DNA of 64,000 nucleotides from an uncultured Acidimicrobiaceae bacterium (GTDB taxonomy: Bacteria; Actinomycetota; Acidimicrobiia; Acidimicrobiales; RAAP-2). The DNA lies in contig CAWAMS010000008.1 of NCBI GenBank assembly GCA_963783245.1, positions 32,817-96,816 on the forward strand. The letters are read 5' to 3'. Position numbers and translations under genes: made by a program. Each line of letters opens with the position of its first letter. The first letter of the stretch is position 1. The notes under the pieces were generated by a model. That model was not told where the DNA came from. It searched no databases and worked only from the letters and a program-made list of their open reading frames with translations. This document shows, in pieces, positions 31,209 through 42,373 of this stretch.

Positions 31209-31634
31209 ATGGTGTGTCCCTCATCGAATCGCGGTCCGAGAACGAGCAACCTACGACGAGCGGGACGGCTGACGTCGCTCCGGTGCAGGCCGAAGGACCT
31301 GGTCGTCGAAAGGCCGACTGGAGATGGCGTCCATCACACCCGTATCGGCGGAGCGTGGGTCGCGGTGGCGGTGGCCGTTGTGCTCGGTGTTGCACTGATC
31401 GATTTCATCGTCCAGAACACCCGCTCGGTCCGCGTCGAGTTCTTCGCGGCGAACGGCCAGATGCCGGTGGCCGTTGCGCTGCTGGGGGCGGCCCTCGCCG
31501 GGGCGTTCTTGGTCCTGGCGGTCGGTATCGCCCGGACCACGCAACTGCGTATCGCCAATCGCCGTGGGAAGAAACGTGAGGAGCAGGCGGCTTCACTGGC
31601 AGCTGACACCGAGGCTGAGCGCCCCGCGGGTTGA
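31209..31634 (+). CDS. LapA-domain (DUF1049-like) small membrane protein
   Basis: WVAVAVAVVLGVALIDFIVQNTRSVRVEFFAANGQMPVAVALLGAALAGAFLVLAVGIARTTQLR. The start is uncertain. Confidence 0.55.
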   Translation: MVCPSSNRGPRTSNLRRAGRLTSLRCRPKDLVVERPTGDGVHHTRIGGAWVAVAVAVVLGVALIDFIVQNTRSVRVEFFAANGQMPVAVALLGAALAGAFLVLAVGIARTTQLRIANRRGKKREEQAASLAADTEAERPAG

Positions 31635-31731
31635 TTCTCGGGGTGCGGCGGCCGGAGCGGCCGGACACCGGACAACAGCCCAGGCCATCGGCGAATTCCA
31701 TTGCAATCCACTGCCCGGTAACATCGCTGGC

Positions 31732-32271
31732 GTGCGTGAGCGGTGGCTATCCAGACGGGCCGTGTTCCTGCACCTCGCGTGTCTCCTCTTTGTGCCCTTC
31801 TGCATCGCTGCCACCTGGTGGCAGATCACCCGGGCGGAGGACGGCAACGGCTTGAGCTACCTCTACACGTTCGAGTGGCCCGTGTTCGCCATCGTCGGGA
31901 TCTACTTCTGGTGGCAGTTCTTGCACACTGACTACGACGCCGTCGGGCTCAAGGGCATGCGGAATCACGCGGCGGAGGTACCGACGTCCGGCGTCGATAC
32001 CGATCCCGCTCGGCGCCTGCAGCCGGCGACGGCCCTGATGACGACAGCCCGCCCTGGCTCGGCCCACCTCTCCGCTTCCGCACCCTTGTCATCCACGACG
32101 GCAACGCCACCGACGACACCGACGACGCCCATGCCCGCCGACCCTTCCACGGCGCTCGAGGACGAGAATCCGGAGCTCGCGGCCTACAACGCCCGACTCG
32201 CTGCCTTGTCGGCGAGCGGCGCAAAAACCTGGAGGAAGCCCGAAACTCCCATCGCTCGCAGGCCTCAGTGA
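31732..32271 (+). CDS. Hypothetical membrane protein with Pro/Thr-rich C-terminal tail
   Basis: GTG 31732. Two TM segments (AVFLHLACLLFVPFCIAATWW and WPVFAIVGIYFWWQFL). The stop overlaps the next start (GTGA). Confidence 0.5.
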   Translation: MRERWLSRRAVFLHLACLLFVPFCIAATWWQITRAEDGNGLSYLYTFEWPVFAIVGIYFWWQFLHTDYDAVGLKGMRNHAAEVPTSGVDTDPARRLQPATALMTTARPGSAHLSASAPLSSTTATPPTTPTTPMPADPSTALEDENPELAAYNARLAALSASGAKTWRKPETPIARRPQ

Positions 32272-32633
32272 GGCGCCTCACGGAACGAGGCCTCAAAGGA
32301 GCGCTTTTCCGCTACCAGCTCATGGCGAACATCGTCGGAACTCTGATCATTCCGCTCTTCATCTTCACGGGCATCAAGATCGGCACCGGGCACGGCAAAC
32401 TGGAGGTCGAGATCTTCGGCGTCCTGCACGGCTACCTGTACATCGTGTACCTCATCACCGTCGGCATTCTTTCGTTCAAGACGCGGCTGAACATCTTGTG
32501 GGTCCTCGTCATGTGCGGCGCGGGGCTCATCCCCGGGCTGACGTTCGTCGTCGAGTGGTGGATCGTCACCCGCAAGATCCACCCACTTCTCGCGTCCGAG
32601 GCCGAGGTCGGAGCCCCCTCTCTTCCCTCCTGA
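32268..32633 (+). CDS. DUF3817-domain membrane protein
   Basis: ALFRYQLMANIVGTLIIPLFIF...VLHGYLYIVYLITV...CGAGLIPGLTFVVEWW. Confidence 0.7.
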   Translation: MRRLTERGLKGALFRYQLMANIVGTLIIPLFIFTGIKIGTGHGKLEVEIFGVLHGYLYIVYLITVGILSFKTRLNILWVLVMCGAGLIPGLTFVVEWWIVTRKIHPLLASEAEVGAPSLPS

Positions 32634-32653
32634 CCGAGCGTCGTCGGCCCGAG

Positions 32654-33436
32654 TCAGGTATTCAGTTCTTCAACCTGCCCGACGGCTGTCGCGGCAGCCG
32701 CCTCGCGCCGGGCCATCAACGATTCCACCGCGCGGCCGGCGCCCGCGGTGTCGCCGTCGTACGCCACCGATCCCCGGTCGAGGACGACTGCCTTACCCGC
32801 CAGCTCGAGCACCCGCGCGATCTGCTGTTCGACCACGACCAGCGCGGTCCCGTTCGCATTGATCTCCCGCAGGCCCTCGTAGACAGCATCGACGACCACC
32901 GGTGCCAACCCCAACGAGAGCTCATCGGCGATCAGCACCTTCGGTGGGACCACGAGGACCTTGGCCAGAGAGAGCAGGCGCTGCTGTCCCCCGGACAGTG
33001 TTCCTGCCATCTGCCGCCGCCGCTCTCCGAGAATTGAGAAGGCGGTGTACGCCCGCTCCAAATTGGCCGACAGCAGTTGGCGGCCGGCCCGTTGCCGGAA
33101 CGCCAGCGTCAGGTTCTCCTCGACGGTGAGGCTCGAGAAGACGCCCCTCCCCTCGACGACATGCGCCATACCGAGGCGCGCGATCTTGTAAGCCGGCATC
33201 TGGGTGACGTCGAGGCCGCAGAAGGTCACTTTGCCGAGAGTGGCGTGCACCAGGCCGGTGACCGTGCGGGCCACCGTCGACTTACCCGCTCCATTGGAGC
33301 CGACGAGGGCCACGATCCCACCCGCCGGGACACGGAATGACACGTCGAAGAGCGCACGGTAGGGTCCGTAGGCCGCGCTCACGTGTTCGAGAACCAGCAC
33401 GTCGCCGCCCTCCGCCGCCTGCCCGCCCGCAGTCAT
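32654..33436 (-). CDS. livF: Branched-chain amino acid ABC transporter ATP-binding protein (LivF type)
   Basis: Intact ORF. Motifs: GSNGAGKST, LSGGQQRLLSLA, LIADELSLGLAP. Confidence 0.85.
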   Translation of the reverse strand: MTAGGQAAEGGDVLVLEHVSAAYGPYRALFDVSFRVPAGGIVALVGSNGAGKSTVARTVTGLVHATLGKVTFCGLDVTQMPAYKIARLGMAHVVEGRGVFSSLTVEENLTLAFRQRAGRQLLSANLERAYTAFSILGERRRQMAGTLSGGQQRLLSLAKVLVVPPKVLIADELSLGLAPVVVDAVYEGLREINANGTALVVVEQQIARVLELAGKAVVLDRGSVAYDGDTAGAGRAVESLMARREAAAATAVGQVEELNT

Positions 33437-34206
33437 GACACCCCCATTTGGCCCAGATATGCCTTCCGCACGACCGGGTCGGCCATCACATCGTCGAAGG
33501 TGCCCTCGGCCAGCATCGCACCCAGATCCATCACGACGGTGCGGTCCACGACCTCACCCACCATGGCGAGGTCGTGCTCGACCAGCAGGATGGCAGTGCC
33601 GCGCTCTCGTTGGACGGTGCGGAGGACGGCAGCGACCTCCGCCGTCTCGTGGAGGTCGAGACCGGAGGAGGGCTCGTCCGCCAAAAGGATCTTCGGCTCG
33701 GCGACCAGGGCTCGGGCCAGCTCGACGAGACGGCAATGCCCCAGGCCGAGCGCGTTCACCGACGTCTCGGCAAACGGGGCGATGCCCACGAGCTCCAAGC
33801 ACGCCTCGACATTGGCCGACTCCTCCTTGGTGACGGCGCTCATGCTCAGGAGGTCCTTCCAGAGGCGGCCCTCTCCCCGACGCGAACGTTCGGCGACCAG
33901 CAGGTGGTCCCGCACGCTCATGTCGGTGAACATCTCCACCTTCTGATACGTGCGGCCGATGCCCAGCCGTGCCCGTTTGAAGGTGGGCAGCGCGGTCAGC
34001 GACACGCCACCGAACACGATGTCACCCTCATCGTTGCGCAACTGACCGCACACGCAATTGAACAGGGTCGTCTTCCCGGCCCCATTGGGCCCGACGAGGC
34101 CGACGCTCTCCCCCGCGCGCACGTCGAAGGAGATGTCGTGGACCGCATGGATCCCCCCGAAGGACTTGGACACATGGCGGAGTGAGAGCAGCGGGACGTC
34201 AGCCAT
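33433..34206 (-). CDS. livG: Branched-chain amino acid ABC transporter ATP-binding protein (LivG type)
   Basis: ATG 34206 overlaps the permease stop. Motifs: GPNGAGKTT, LGLGHCRLVELARAL, LLADEPSSGLD. Confidence 0.85.
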   Translation of the reverse strand: MADVPLLSLRHVSKSFGGIHAVHDISFDVRAGESVGLVGPNGAGKTTLFNCVCGQLRNDEGDIVFGGVSLTALPTFKRARLGIGRTYQKVEMFTDMSVRDHLLVAERSRRGEGRLWKDLLSMSAVTKEESANVEACLELVGIAPFAETSVNALGLGHCRLVELARALVAEPKILLADEPSSGLDLHETAEVAAVLRTVQRERGTAILLVEHDLAMVGEVVDRTVVMDLGAMLAEGTFDDVMADPVVRKAYLGQMGVS

Positions 34207-36232
34207 GCGACCCTGGCACCACGTCGGCGGGCACCCCGGCCGGCTCCCCGTTGGGGGGTGGCGCCTCGGATGGGTGCATGGCGTAATACTCGGTTGGAAA
34301 GAGGCGCTTCTCGAACCATTGGGTGGAGCGCCTCTTCTGAAACTCGAGGATGCCCTCGGGGTGCTTGGCATATTGCAACGATCCGAAGGCGAAGAGAACG
34401 ATGACCAGACTGCCGCCGCCCACGCGGGCCGGCAGATAGGTCAAGAGCTGGTCGACAACGAAGAATCCGATCCCGGCCTGAATGGCTCCTTCCACCGTGG
34501 AGACACCCGTGGTGACCACCAACACGATGAAGACCAGCGAGAAGCTGTAGTTCCATTGGGCCGAGTTGGCCACCTGCTGCTGAATGGTGACCAGCACGCC
34601 GCCAATGCCGGCGATGGCCCCGGCGAGGGCGAACACCACGATGCGCTGCCAGGTCAGATTGATGCCCAGTCCGGCCGCCGCCGTCTCGCTTCCACGCATC
34701 GCCGCCAGATTGCGGCCGACGGTGCCCTTTCGGACCTGGAGGACGATGCCCACACAGGCCGCGAGAACCGCAATGCTCAGGATGAAATACGCGTGACCGT
34801 TGAAATTGAAGAACTCCGATGTCCCGAGCCAACGCGCCTTGAGACTCAAGCCTGATCCTCCCCCGCTGATCGACACGTCGTTGAAGAACGTGTTGTCGAA
34901 CAGCAGGGCGGCCGCCAATGTCATCAGAGCCAGCCCCAGGCCGCGCAGCCGCAACGACAGCAGGGCCAGGACCACGGCCACGACGGCTGCCAATGCCGCG
35001 CCCACCAATCCACCGAGCAACATGTTCAATCCGAGGTGGTGCGCCAGTTGGGCCGCGGTGAACGCGCCCACCCCGGCCAAGGTGCCCTGGCAGAGTGACA
35101 GCTGTCCCGCCATCCCGGTGATCAGCGTGATGGACAACAGGACCGTCGAGAGAGCGATCCCCGAGTTGAACACGCCCTCCCACGCCTTGGGCATCCACGT
35201 CAACATCGAGACGATGAACACGGCCAGGACGACCCACCACAGCCGTCGGATGATGCGGTCCATGCTGGGGGCCCGCGACGAGGCGGCGATCGGTGGCGGT
35301 GGTGGATCGATCGTCGCCAGAGGATCGCGGTTCAGGTCGAGGGAACGCATGCCCGGGAGGATGAGGAGCGCGGCGACCAGAACGAAGAACGGGAGCGACG
35401 GGAGAACCGCCGAATAGAGGATGCTGCTCGTGGGCAGATAGCCCTGGAGGATCGTGCTCACCACTCCGATGAGCACCGCCACCCCGGTCGCAACGGGAAT
35501 GGAGCGCAGAAGGCCCCACGCGGCGGCCGCAATGGCGGCCACCACCAGGGTCGCGTAGGTATCGGCTTGGAACGCCCCGTACACGGGCGCCAGGACGACG
35601 CCGGCCAGGCCCGCCATGAAGCTCGAGATGGCCCAGGCCAGCGCCACCACTCCGCCCGAGTTGACGCCGTCGAGTTGGACCAGTCGACGGCTCTCCACGG
35701 CGCCTCGCATCTGGAGACCCAGGTTCGTGAACCTCAACAGCACCGTCAGCGAAACGAGGACGATCAGGGTCACGCTGATGACGGCGAGGTAGATCCCGTT
35801 GATCGGCGTTCCCAGCACGGTGGCATAGACGACGTTGGGATTGAAGAAGGGGAGAATCGTGGCGGTGTCGTCCAGATTCTGCGGACCGAAGATGACCGGG
35901 AGGATGGAAGGGATGCCGACCAGCAAGGCGATCGAGATGACCAACTTCGCGGTCGTGTTCGAGTTGGGGATGTTCCGGAAGAGCAGTCGATCGAAGGCGA
36001 TACCGATCAGCGGGGAAAGGACCACGACGGAGACGATGAAGGCCGGGAATCCCCCCCAATGGTCGTTCTGGGTGAGGACGGTGAACACGAAGGCCGCTGC
36101 GAACGCTTGGGCTCCGAAGGCGAAGTTGAAGACACCGGTGGCCTGATACGTGAGGACCAGCCCCACGGCCACGATGGCATAGGTACACCCGTAGGGGATA
36201 CCGGGAATCGCGAAACCGAAGAACTGTTCCAT
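34199..36232 (-). CDS. Branched-chain amino acid ABC transporter permease, fused LivH-LivM type
   Basis: Intact 677-aa polytopic ORF. N-half LivH-like (GCTYAIVAVGLVLTYQATGVFNFAFG). C-half LivM-like (ITGMAGQLSLCQGTLAGVGAF). Confidence 0.85.
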   Translation of the reverse strand: MEQFFGFAIPGIPYGCTYAIVAVGLVLTYQATGVFNFAFGAQAFAAAFVFTVLTQNDHWGGFPAFIVSVVVLSPLIGIAFDRLLFRNIPNSNTTAKLVISIALLVGIPSILPVIFGPQNLDDTATILPFFNPNVVYATVLGTPINGIYLAVISVTLIVLVSLTVLLRFTNLGLQMRGAVESRRLVQLDGVNSGGVVALAWAISSFMAGLAGVVLAPVYGAFQADTYATLVVAAIAAAAWGLLRSIPVATGVAVLIGVVSTILQGYLPTSSILYSAVLPSLPFFVLVAALLILPGMRSLDLNRDPLATIDPPPPPIAASSRAPSMDRIIRRLWWVVLAVFIVSMLTWMPKAWEGVFNSGIALSTVLLSITLITGMAGQLSLCQGTLAGVGAFTAAQLAHHLGLNMLLGGLVGAALAAVVAVVLALLSLRLRGLGLALMTLAAALLFDNTFFNDVSISGGGSGLSLKARWLGTSEFFNFNGHAYFILSIAVLAACVGIVLQVRKGTVGRNLAAMRGSETAAAGLGINLTWQRIVVFALAGAIAGIGGVLVTIQQQVANSAQWNYSFSLVFIVLVVTTGVSTVEGAIQAGIGFFVVDQLLTYLPARVGGGSLVIVLFAFGSLQYAKHPEGILEFQKRRSTQWFEKRLFPTEYYAMHPSEAPPPNGEPAGVPADVVPGSHG

Positions 36233-36270
36233 TCGTGCTTACGGGGAGGTGGCCGAGCGGGGACGAACCA

Positions 36271-37651
36271 TCAGGGAAGGGGCGGCGTTCCCGGTGGCAG
36301 CTTCTTCAGGGGCTGGGGGTTCTTCCCGCTCGTGGTGGCGAAGCAGACGAACACGTTCTTCTTCGAGGTGTTGAGGACCGGCACGTACTTGGTGCCCTGC
36401 GCCTGGATGTACGACGCGCAGTACGGGGGTGCGTGACCGGAGTGCCCGGCATCCTTCCAGTTCGTCGGGGTGGTCAATCCGCCTGCGTTGTACGTCGTGA
36501 GCGTGTTCGTCTGCTTGATCACGTTGGCCTGGGTGAGATTGTTGCCCGCCATACGCACTCCTTGGACGAAGAGTGCCGCGGACTCCCAACCCTGAATGGC
36601 CACCTCGTCGGTGGCGTACTTGGGCTCGTACTTGTTCATCACCGAGAGGTACTGCTTGAGACCCGGGTACGACCGTCTGCGACGCGAGGAACGGCACATG
36701 GGCAATGTAGAAGTACACGTTCTGCATCAGGCTCTCGTTCTGATTCAACGTCGACTGGTCGTTGCCGCTGAGCCAGAATTGCGTGGCCTTCAGTCCGTAC
36801 TGCTTAATGGCCCGGGCCATAGTGACATTGCCCTGGACATCCATGCAGCTCAACACGAAGTCAGCGCCGGCCTGCTTCATACGCTGCACGTCGGTGGCCA
36901 CTGTCGTGCCCGGGTAGGCGATCTTGTAGTCGGTGTAGCTCACCTTGATGCCGGCCGCAGTGAGGCCCTTGGCATCCGTTTGGCACGACGCCGCCGAGGC
37001 GGCGATGCCGTATGCCAGGACGGCCACCGACTTGGCGTGGACCTTGTTCACCAGGTAGGCCACCTCGGGAATTCCGCCGGGCAGGTACTGGGTCGATCCG
37101 CCGCCACCGGCTGCGAAGAGGTTGTTCGGCCCCGCCCAGTTGTTGGAGACGTTGTAGCCGTAGGTGGGGATCTTCGCCTCCACGAAGAGGTTCGGCGTGA
37201 AGAACGCTGAGGCGACGCCGGTGACGGCGAAGACGTGGTCCTGGTTGATGAGGGTGGACACGAGCTGGTTGAACTGGCTCGGATTGCCGCCGTCGTCGAG
37301 TTGGTACCTGTAGTTGATCTTGCGGCCGTTGACGCCTCCTTGGGCGTTTATGTAGTTGAAATAGGCCTTTTCTCCATAAATGAGCGATCCGAAGTTCGCA
37401 GCCAGGGTCCCGGTCTGCGTCGAGATCGTCCCGACCGTGATGGAGTTCTTGGTGACTCCCGGGGCCGCACTCGCAGCGGCTCCCGCCGAAGCCGATCTCG
37501 CGGCGGCTCCCGCCGAAGCCGATGGCAGTCCCAAGGTGACGGCGGCGGAAGCCAACGTCACCCCACCGAGGACCACCTTGGCCAGCGTTCCCCCATGTTG
37601 ACGGCCACTGCTGCGTCGACGCCGGCCCATGTGCGGCGCGCTCGTTCGCAT
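36271..37651 (-). CDS. ABC transporter substrate-binding protein (LivJ/K type); one +1 frame break near 36690
   Basis: ATG 37651 follows AGGGGGGA, with a signal-like N-terminus. SITVGTISTQTGTLAANFGSLIYGEKAYFNYINAQGGVNGRKINY... continues after YFYIAHVPFLA in another frame (YPGLKQYLSVMNKYEPKYATDEVAIQGWESAALF). A 27-nt in-frame duplication sits at 37469-37522. Span is 3n+1. Confidence 0.8.
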
Positions 37652-37818
37652 CGCGATCCCCCCTTGTTCCACCCACCGTCGCATCCCATGTGGATGCTGT
37701 TCTCCGTCGGGGTCAACCCTCTTCGACGAACGATCCATTCGTAGCATCATTACCTTTCGCAATTGCTTCAGGACGAGTGATTCAGTGCGGACGAGCGATG
37801 TACGCCGGGAAGAGCCGT

Positions 37819-39520
37819 TTACTTCAGGAAGAGCCGTTGGCGGTCGAATTCTCTCAAGGCGGCCACTTCACCCGGCGAGAGGGGGGCCAGTTCCTCGACG
37901 TCCCGTGCAATGTCCGGTTCGTAGCCGCACGCCTCGACGAACGCACGCGTGCGCTCCTCGACGGTTCCGGCGCCGGCGGGAACAGCCGCCACCCGGAGGA
38001 CCCCGTCGAGACGCCGGAGGACGCCCTTATCCGTCACCACGCTCACCACTCGATGCCCGGGCGACGTGACGTAGGCCACGGATTCGGGCAGTCGTTCCGG
38101 ACGGGCCAACGTGATGACGACGCATGCTTCGGCCCGGCTCGCCACATCGTTGGCCCCGCCCGAACCCACCAGGAATCGGCCTCCGGCCAGTTCGGTCGAG
38201 TTGAGGCGGCCTCGGGAGTCGACTTCGGCCGCACCGAGGCACCCCACGGTCCGAGTACCCGGACCTCCGATCACCATGCCCAACACGGCCGATGCATCAG
38301 AGAGGTACGGGGTATCGGGAAAGACCCGGTGGTTGAAGATGTAGGGATCGGCCGGTGTCGGCTCGTAGCCCCACAGCCCGAGCTCGGCCGTCAGCATGAC
38401 CCGGCTCCCACCCGCACGCGCCCGCCCCACTGCGACCCACGCCGCGAGATTCGCCGCCCCGGCGCCCGCCAGCACCGCATCGGCAGCAACGTCGGCCACG
38501 ACTCGTTCGACCTCACGCGCCCCGAAGGCCGCCGCGTGCTCCCATGCCGAGAAGACCGGGTCGTCGGAAACGGGGGTCGCCTCTGCATCGGCCTTCCACG
38601 ACGCTGGATCCGACCGGCCCTCGAGCCAACGGAGGTGATCATCGCCGAGCAGCCGCAGATAGTCGTCATGGGTGGCCGGGCCCAGTACCCATCTTTCGGC
38701 GAACTCCTCGAAGGTCCCCTTTGCGGCGGCCTCGGCGGCGAGGCTCCAGTGCGCGATGTCCTCGCCGTAGCTCCGCACGGGCAGCCCAGGTGCATAACAA
38801 CCCCCGGGGTGCGCCCCGAACGGGCGCCTCCACCACGGCCAGGACCCGGTGGCCCGGCACCCGCACCCGGTGACCCAGACCGTGCAGATTGTCGACGACC
38901 TTTTCCACCGTGGCCACCACGCCACGTCGTGCGGCCAAGGCCCCCCAAACACCCTCGAGGAGCGGCTCGGAGAACGCGAGATTTCCTGCGTGGTCGGCCG
39001 CAGCGGCATGGACGAGTGCCACATCGGGTGCCAGTGGCGAGAGCAGCCCGAGCCGGCCGAACGGGGAATCGACCTCGGTGAACCCCTGATTCGCGGCCAT
39101 GGAGGACCCGGCCAGGGAGCCGGTCACCATGGCCGGCAGACCCCGGGCCGCCGCTTCCATCCGCTGGGACATCGTGAGAATCGACCAGTGCTCGACCTCG
39201 ACCGCGCCGGACTCGTACGCCTTGCGGAAGATCGGGTTCGGGTTGTACGTCGGAAAGCTGTTGCCCGAATAGGCGGTCACGACCTTCTTGACGAGCCCCC
39301 CTTGGAAGAAGATGCCGCCGAGTGCCCCCAGACTGGTCATGACGAGGGTGAACCCGGGGTCCTTGCCCCAGAATTGGCGCGCCACCTCGCGGGCGCCGGC
39401 CGTCCATCGACTGTGGCCGAGCATCACGTGGACGGTGTCACCCGGGCGCACGTTGGTGGAGACCGCGTCCTCGAGGCCCGTCACCCGAGAGCCGGGCACG
39501 GCTGAGGTCGATGGCGTCAC
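37819..39520 (-). CDS. CoA-transferase with fused subunit-A-like and subunit-B-like halves (glutaconate/3-oxoacid CoA-transferase family); one +1 frame break at ~38822
   Basis: N-half: DTVHVMLGHSRWTAGAREVARQFWG...SGAVEVEHWSILTMSQRMEAAARGLPAMVTGSLAGSSMA...HRVLAVVEAP. It continues in another frame: FGAHPGGCYAPGLPVRSYGEDIAHW...LTAELGLWGY...FLVGSGGANDVAS. Span is 3n+1. Confidence 0.75.
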
Positions 39521-39587
39521 TTCAGCGGGCTCCTGACGCCTGCGTCAGAGAAAACCCCCTGGTCCCGCCTCATTCCTTTCCCCGCTC

Positions 39588-39611
39588 TAACCTGACCACC
39601 GTGTCAGGTTA
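39588..39611. promoter_or_regulatory. Perfect 9-6-9 palindrome TAACCTGAC-caccgt-GTCAGGTTA between divergent CoA-transferase and TetR genes (candidate TetR operator)
   Basis: Read directly. A second palindrome, CTGACGC-ct-GCGTCAG, lies at 39533-39548, just upstream of the CoA-transferase start. Confidence 0.6.
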
Positions 39612-39649
39612 GCCATTTCGGCCAACCCGGGCACTACGATGCCCACAAC

Positions 39650-40480
39650 ATGGCGCCGCCTCCTGCCCAACCCGACGTGGCAAGCCCTCCGGCAGGCACG
39701 AAGGTGAAGGCGCCCGACGGGGCAGCGGATGACACGTCCGGCGACACCCCCGACCCGGCACTCGAGGGCGCGACCCTCGGGATGCCCGACGGGATGGGAG
39801 AGGGGTCGGGGGGCGTCGGCTTGCCGGCCAGCAAGCGGGTCCTCCGCAGCCAGGGGCGGCGCACCATGCGACGGCTGCTCGATGCCGCCATGATCTGCTT
39901 CGACGAACGCGGGTACTACGACACCCGGGTGAACGATGTCGTGAAGATCGCCAAGACGTCACACGGCACCTTCTACCTCTATTTCTCCAACAAGGAAGAC
40001 CTGCTGCGGGCCCTTGTCGCCGAGGCGGGCACCGCGGCACAGCATGTCGCCGACGCCCTCAACAGACCGCCGACGTCGGGCGGCCAACCCCAGTGGGAAG
40101 ACGTGCGCGGCTGGGTCACGCTGTACTCGGACCTTTGGATGCGCCACGCTGCCCTCTTCCGGGCCTGGACCGACCTGGCGAGGATCGACCCGGGGCTGAC
40201 CAGCACCCTGCGCGAGATCTTCACCGTGATGTCCGACGCTCTGGCTCGCCAGATCACTTCCGAGGACGCCGATCACAGGATCGACCCCCAAGCCGCCGCC
40301 GTCGGGGTGCTGGCCATGCTCGACAGGTTCCACGACGTACGGGGATTCGTGCGTCAACCGGTGGACGATGTGGCCTTGGACACGCTGACGACCATGGTGT
40401 ATCGAGCCCTGTTCGACGCATCGCGATGGGGTCAGGTGCACACGGACCTGCCCATCGGCGTGGCGGCGTCGAATCCCTGA
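39650..40480 (+). CDS. TetR/AcrR-family transcriptional regulator with ~60-aa low-complexity N-terminal extension
   Basis: HTH: RRLLDAAMICFDERGYYDTRVNDVVKIAKTSHGTFYLYFSNKEDLL. Confidence 0.85.
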   Translation: MAPPPAQPDVASPPAGTKVKAPDGAADDTSGDTPDPALEGATLGMPDGMGEGSGGVGLPASKRVLRSQGRRTMRRLLDAAMICFDERGYYDTRVNDVVKIAKTSHGTFYLYFSNKEDLLRALVAEAGTAAQHVADALNRPPTSGGQPQWEDVRGWVTLYSDLWMRHAALFRAWTDLARIDPGLTSTLREIFTVMSDALARQITSEDADHRIDPQAAAVGVLAMLDRFHDVRGFVRQPVDDVALDTLTTMVYRALFDASRWGQVHTDLPIGVAASNP

Positions 40481-40535
40481 GCGGCACGGCCGGCGCGGCA
40501 CGGCGGGCGCGACACGACCGCGCCAGCGGGCAGCC

Positions 40536-41321
40536 TTACCCTTGTACGGGGTAGATCAGGTCGAAAAGGCCGTCGACGCCCGACCCGTGCAACGTGAGCC
40601 CGCCATCCACGACGATGTTCTGGCCCGTCACGAAGCGGGACAGGTCCGAGCAGAGGAAGATCACCACATCCGCGATGTCCTCGGGGTCACCGATGCGACC
40701 CGCCGGCGTGTCCCTCTGGAAACGACCTTCCTGCTCCGGAAAGATCTCGAACCACGGCTTCGTCATTTTGGTGCGAATCATTCCGGGTGACACGGCGTTC
40801 ACCCGTATCTCGGGCCCGTACTCGAGCGCGGCCGATGCGGTGAGCGCCGCCACCGCCGCTTTGCTCGCAGCGTAGGGCCCCTCACCGGCGGCGGGCCTCG
40901 TCCCGCTGATGGACGCCGTGCTGACGACGGAACCTCCCCCGCCTGATCGCATATGCGGGATGGCCGCGCGAAACCCGGCCCACACGCCGGTCAGGTTGAC
41001 GCGGACAAGCCGGTCCCACTCGGCGGGGTCCCAATCCTCGAGCCGGCTGAAACTGCCGACGCCGGCGTTGTTGTAGAGCAGGCTCAGACCGCCCAGTGAG
41101 GCAACGGCGGCGTCGACGACCTGGCGCATCCCATCGGGATCCCCGACGTCGACGGCGAATCCCACCCCGTCGATCTCCTTGGCCACGAGTGAGGCGGCAT
41201 CACCATCGACGTCGAGCACGGCGACGGTCGCTCCCTCTTCGGCCATGCGGCGACATGTCGCCCGCCCGATGCCCGACCCACCGCCTGTCACGATCGCTTT
41301 CTTCCCGTCAAGCAGCCCCAT
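40536..41321 (-). CDS. SDR-family oxidoreductase
   Basis: Motifs: KKAIVTGGGSGIGR, NNAGV, YAASKAA, VNAVSPG. The start is ATG 41321 or 41342. Confidence 0.85.
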   Translation of the reverse strand: MGLLDGKKAIVTGGGSGIGRATCRRMAEEGATVAVLDVDGDAASLVAKEIDGVGFAVDVGDPDGMRQVVDAAVASLGGLSLLYNNAGVGSFSRLEDWDPAEWDRLVRVNLTGVWAGFRAAIPHMRSGGGGSVVSTASISGTRPAAGEGPYAASKAAVAALTASAALEYGPEIRVNAVSPGMIRTKMTKPWFEIFPEQEGRFQRDTPAGRIGDPEDIADVVIFLCSDLSRFVTGQNIVVDGGLTLHGSGVDGLFDLIYPVQG

Positions 41322-41457
41322 TGCCTTCCGTCCTCTCTCCATAGACGATCCTCGTCCGACGACCTCGTCGATGCCGGTCCTCGGATCGACCCGATCAGAG
41401 GGACACCGTCCCACACTTCCTACCTGAAGGCACCGATGCTGCGCCGCCGGCCCGCTG

Positions 41458-42355
41458 TCAGAGCTTCCTGATCAGCAGTTCCTGGGCCATGCTCAGATAC
41501 AGCACCCCGTCCTCGCCGTACATGGTGCCCCGGATCGTCGAACGACCAGAGGCGTTCAGGAGAGCCTGGAAATCGAAGAGATTCCACTCATCGGCCCGAC
41601 GCGGGCGGTGAAACCAGACCGCATGGTCAAGGCTGGCGTCGGTATAGCCGCCCCAGGAATCAAGACTGAGCGGCCGGAACGCCGCACCGGTCATGTCCGA
41701 GAGATACGCCAGCACGCACGCGTGGAGCGCCGGATCGTCGGGCAGGCGCTGGCGGGTGCGGAACCAACAGCGCCGGGTGGAGAGATACGTCCCGTCCTGT
41801 CTTCGGCGGGTCGACCGCAGATCCCGGACGTCGAACGGGGACGGCGACGACGGGGAGGACGACGAAGCCGGCACCGCGTCGCCCTCGGTGGCGATCGCCT
41901 CGGGGTACCCGACGTCGCCGGCCATCGGCAATTGGTACTCGTCGCCCTCCTCGGCTCGATGAAACGAGCACGCCATCCGGAACGTCTCGCGTCCCTCCGA
42001 CCTCGGAGACGACCTCCCTCGTGCTGAACGACCGACCGTCACGAAGCCGTCCCACCTTGTGCGTGGAGGGTGTCCCCGGCTTCGACGGGCGGAGGAAGTA
42101 CCCGTGGAGCGAGTGGATGTCGAGGTCGTCCGCAACCGTCTGCGCAGCAGCCGACAGCGCCTGCGCCACCACCATGCCGCCGAACGTCCGCTCCCCACCC
42201 CACCAATCCGGAGACGTGGTGACGAACGTCGAGGGCCCGTCGATCGCCGAGGTCCCCGCCCGCCCCGATGTCCCGTCCCCTACGGGAAGCGCCACCATGC
42301 CGGCGACGAGCTCGGACAAGGTGCCGCCGGTGAACTCGTCCTCCTCCGTCCACAC
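41458..42355 (-). CDS. tesB: Acyl-CoA thioesterase II (double hot-dog, TesB type); one +1 frame break near 42000
   Basis: FGGMVVAQALSAAAQTV, IHSLHGYFLRPSKPG, RLRDGRSFSTREV. It continues in another frame: GRETFRMACSFH...LAYLSDMTGAAF...ASLDHAVWFHRP. Span is 3n+1. Confidence 0.75.
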
Positions 42356-42373
42356 GAGGTGTACCCCTCAGAC

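Noticed and set aside
33996-36188. 730-aa minus-strand ORF overlapping the liv permease
   Set aside because: It is an alternative frame of the fused LivH-LivM gene. It is Arg/Gly/Pro-rich and lacks TM segments, whereas the 34199..36232 frame gives a textbook polytopic permease.
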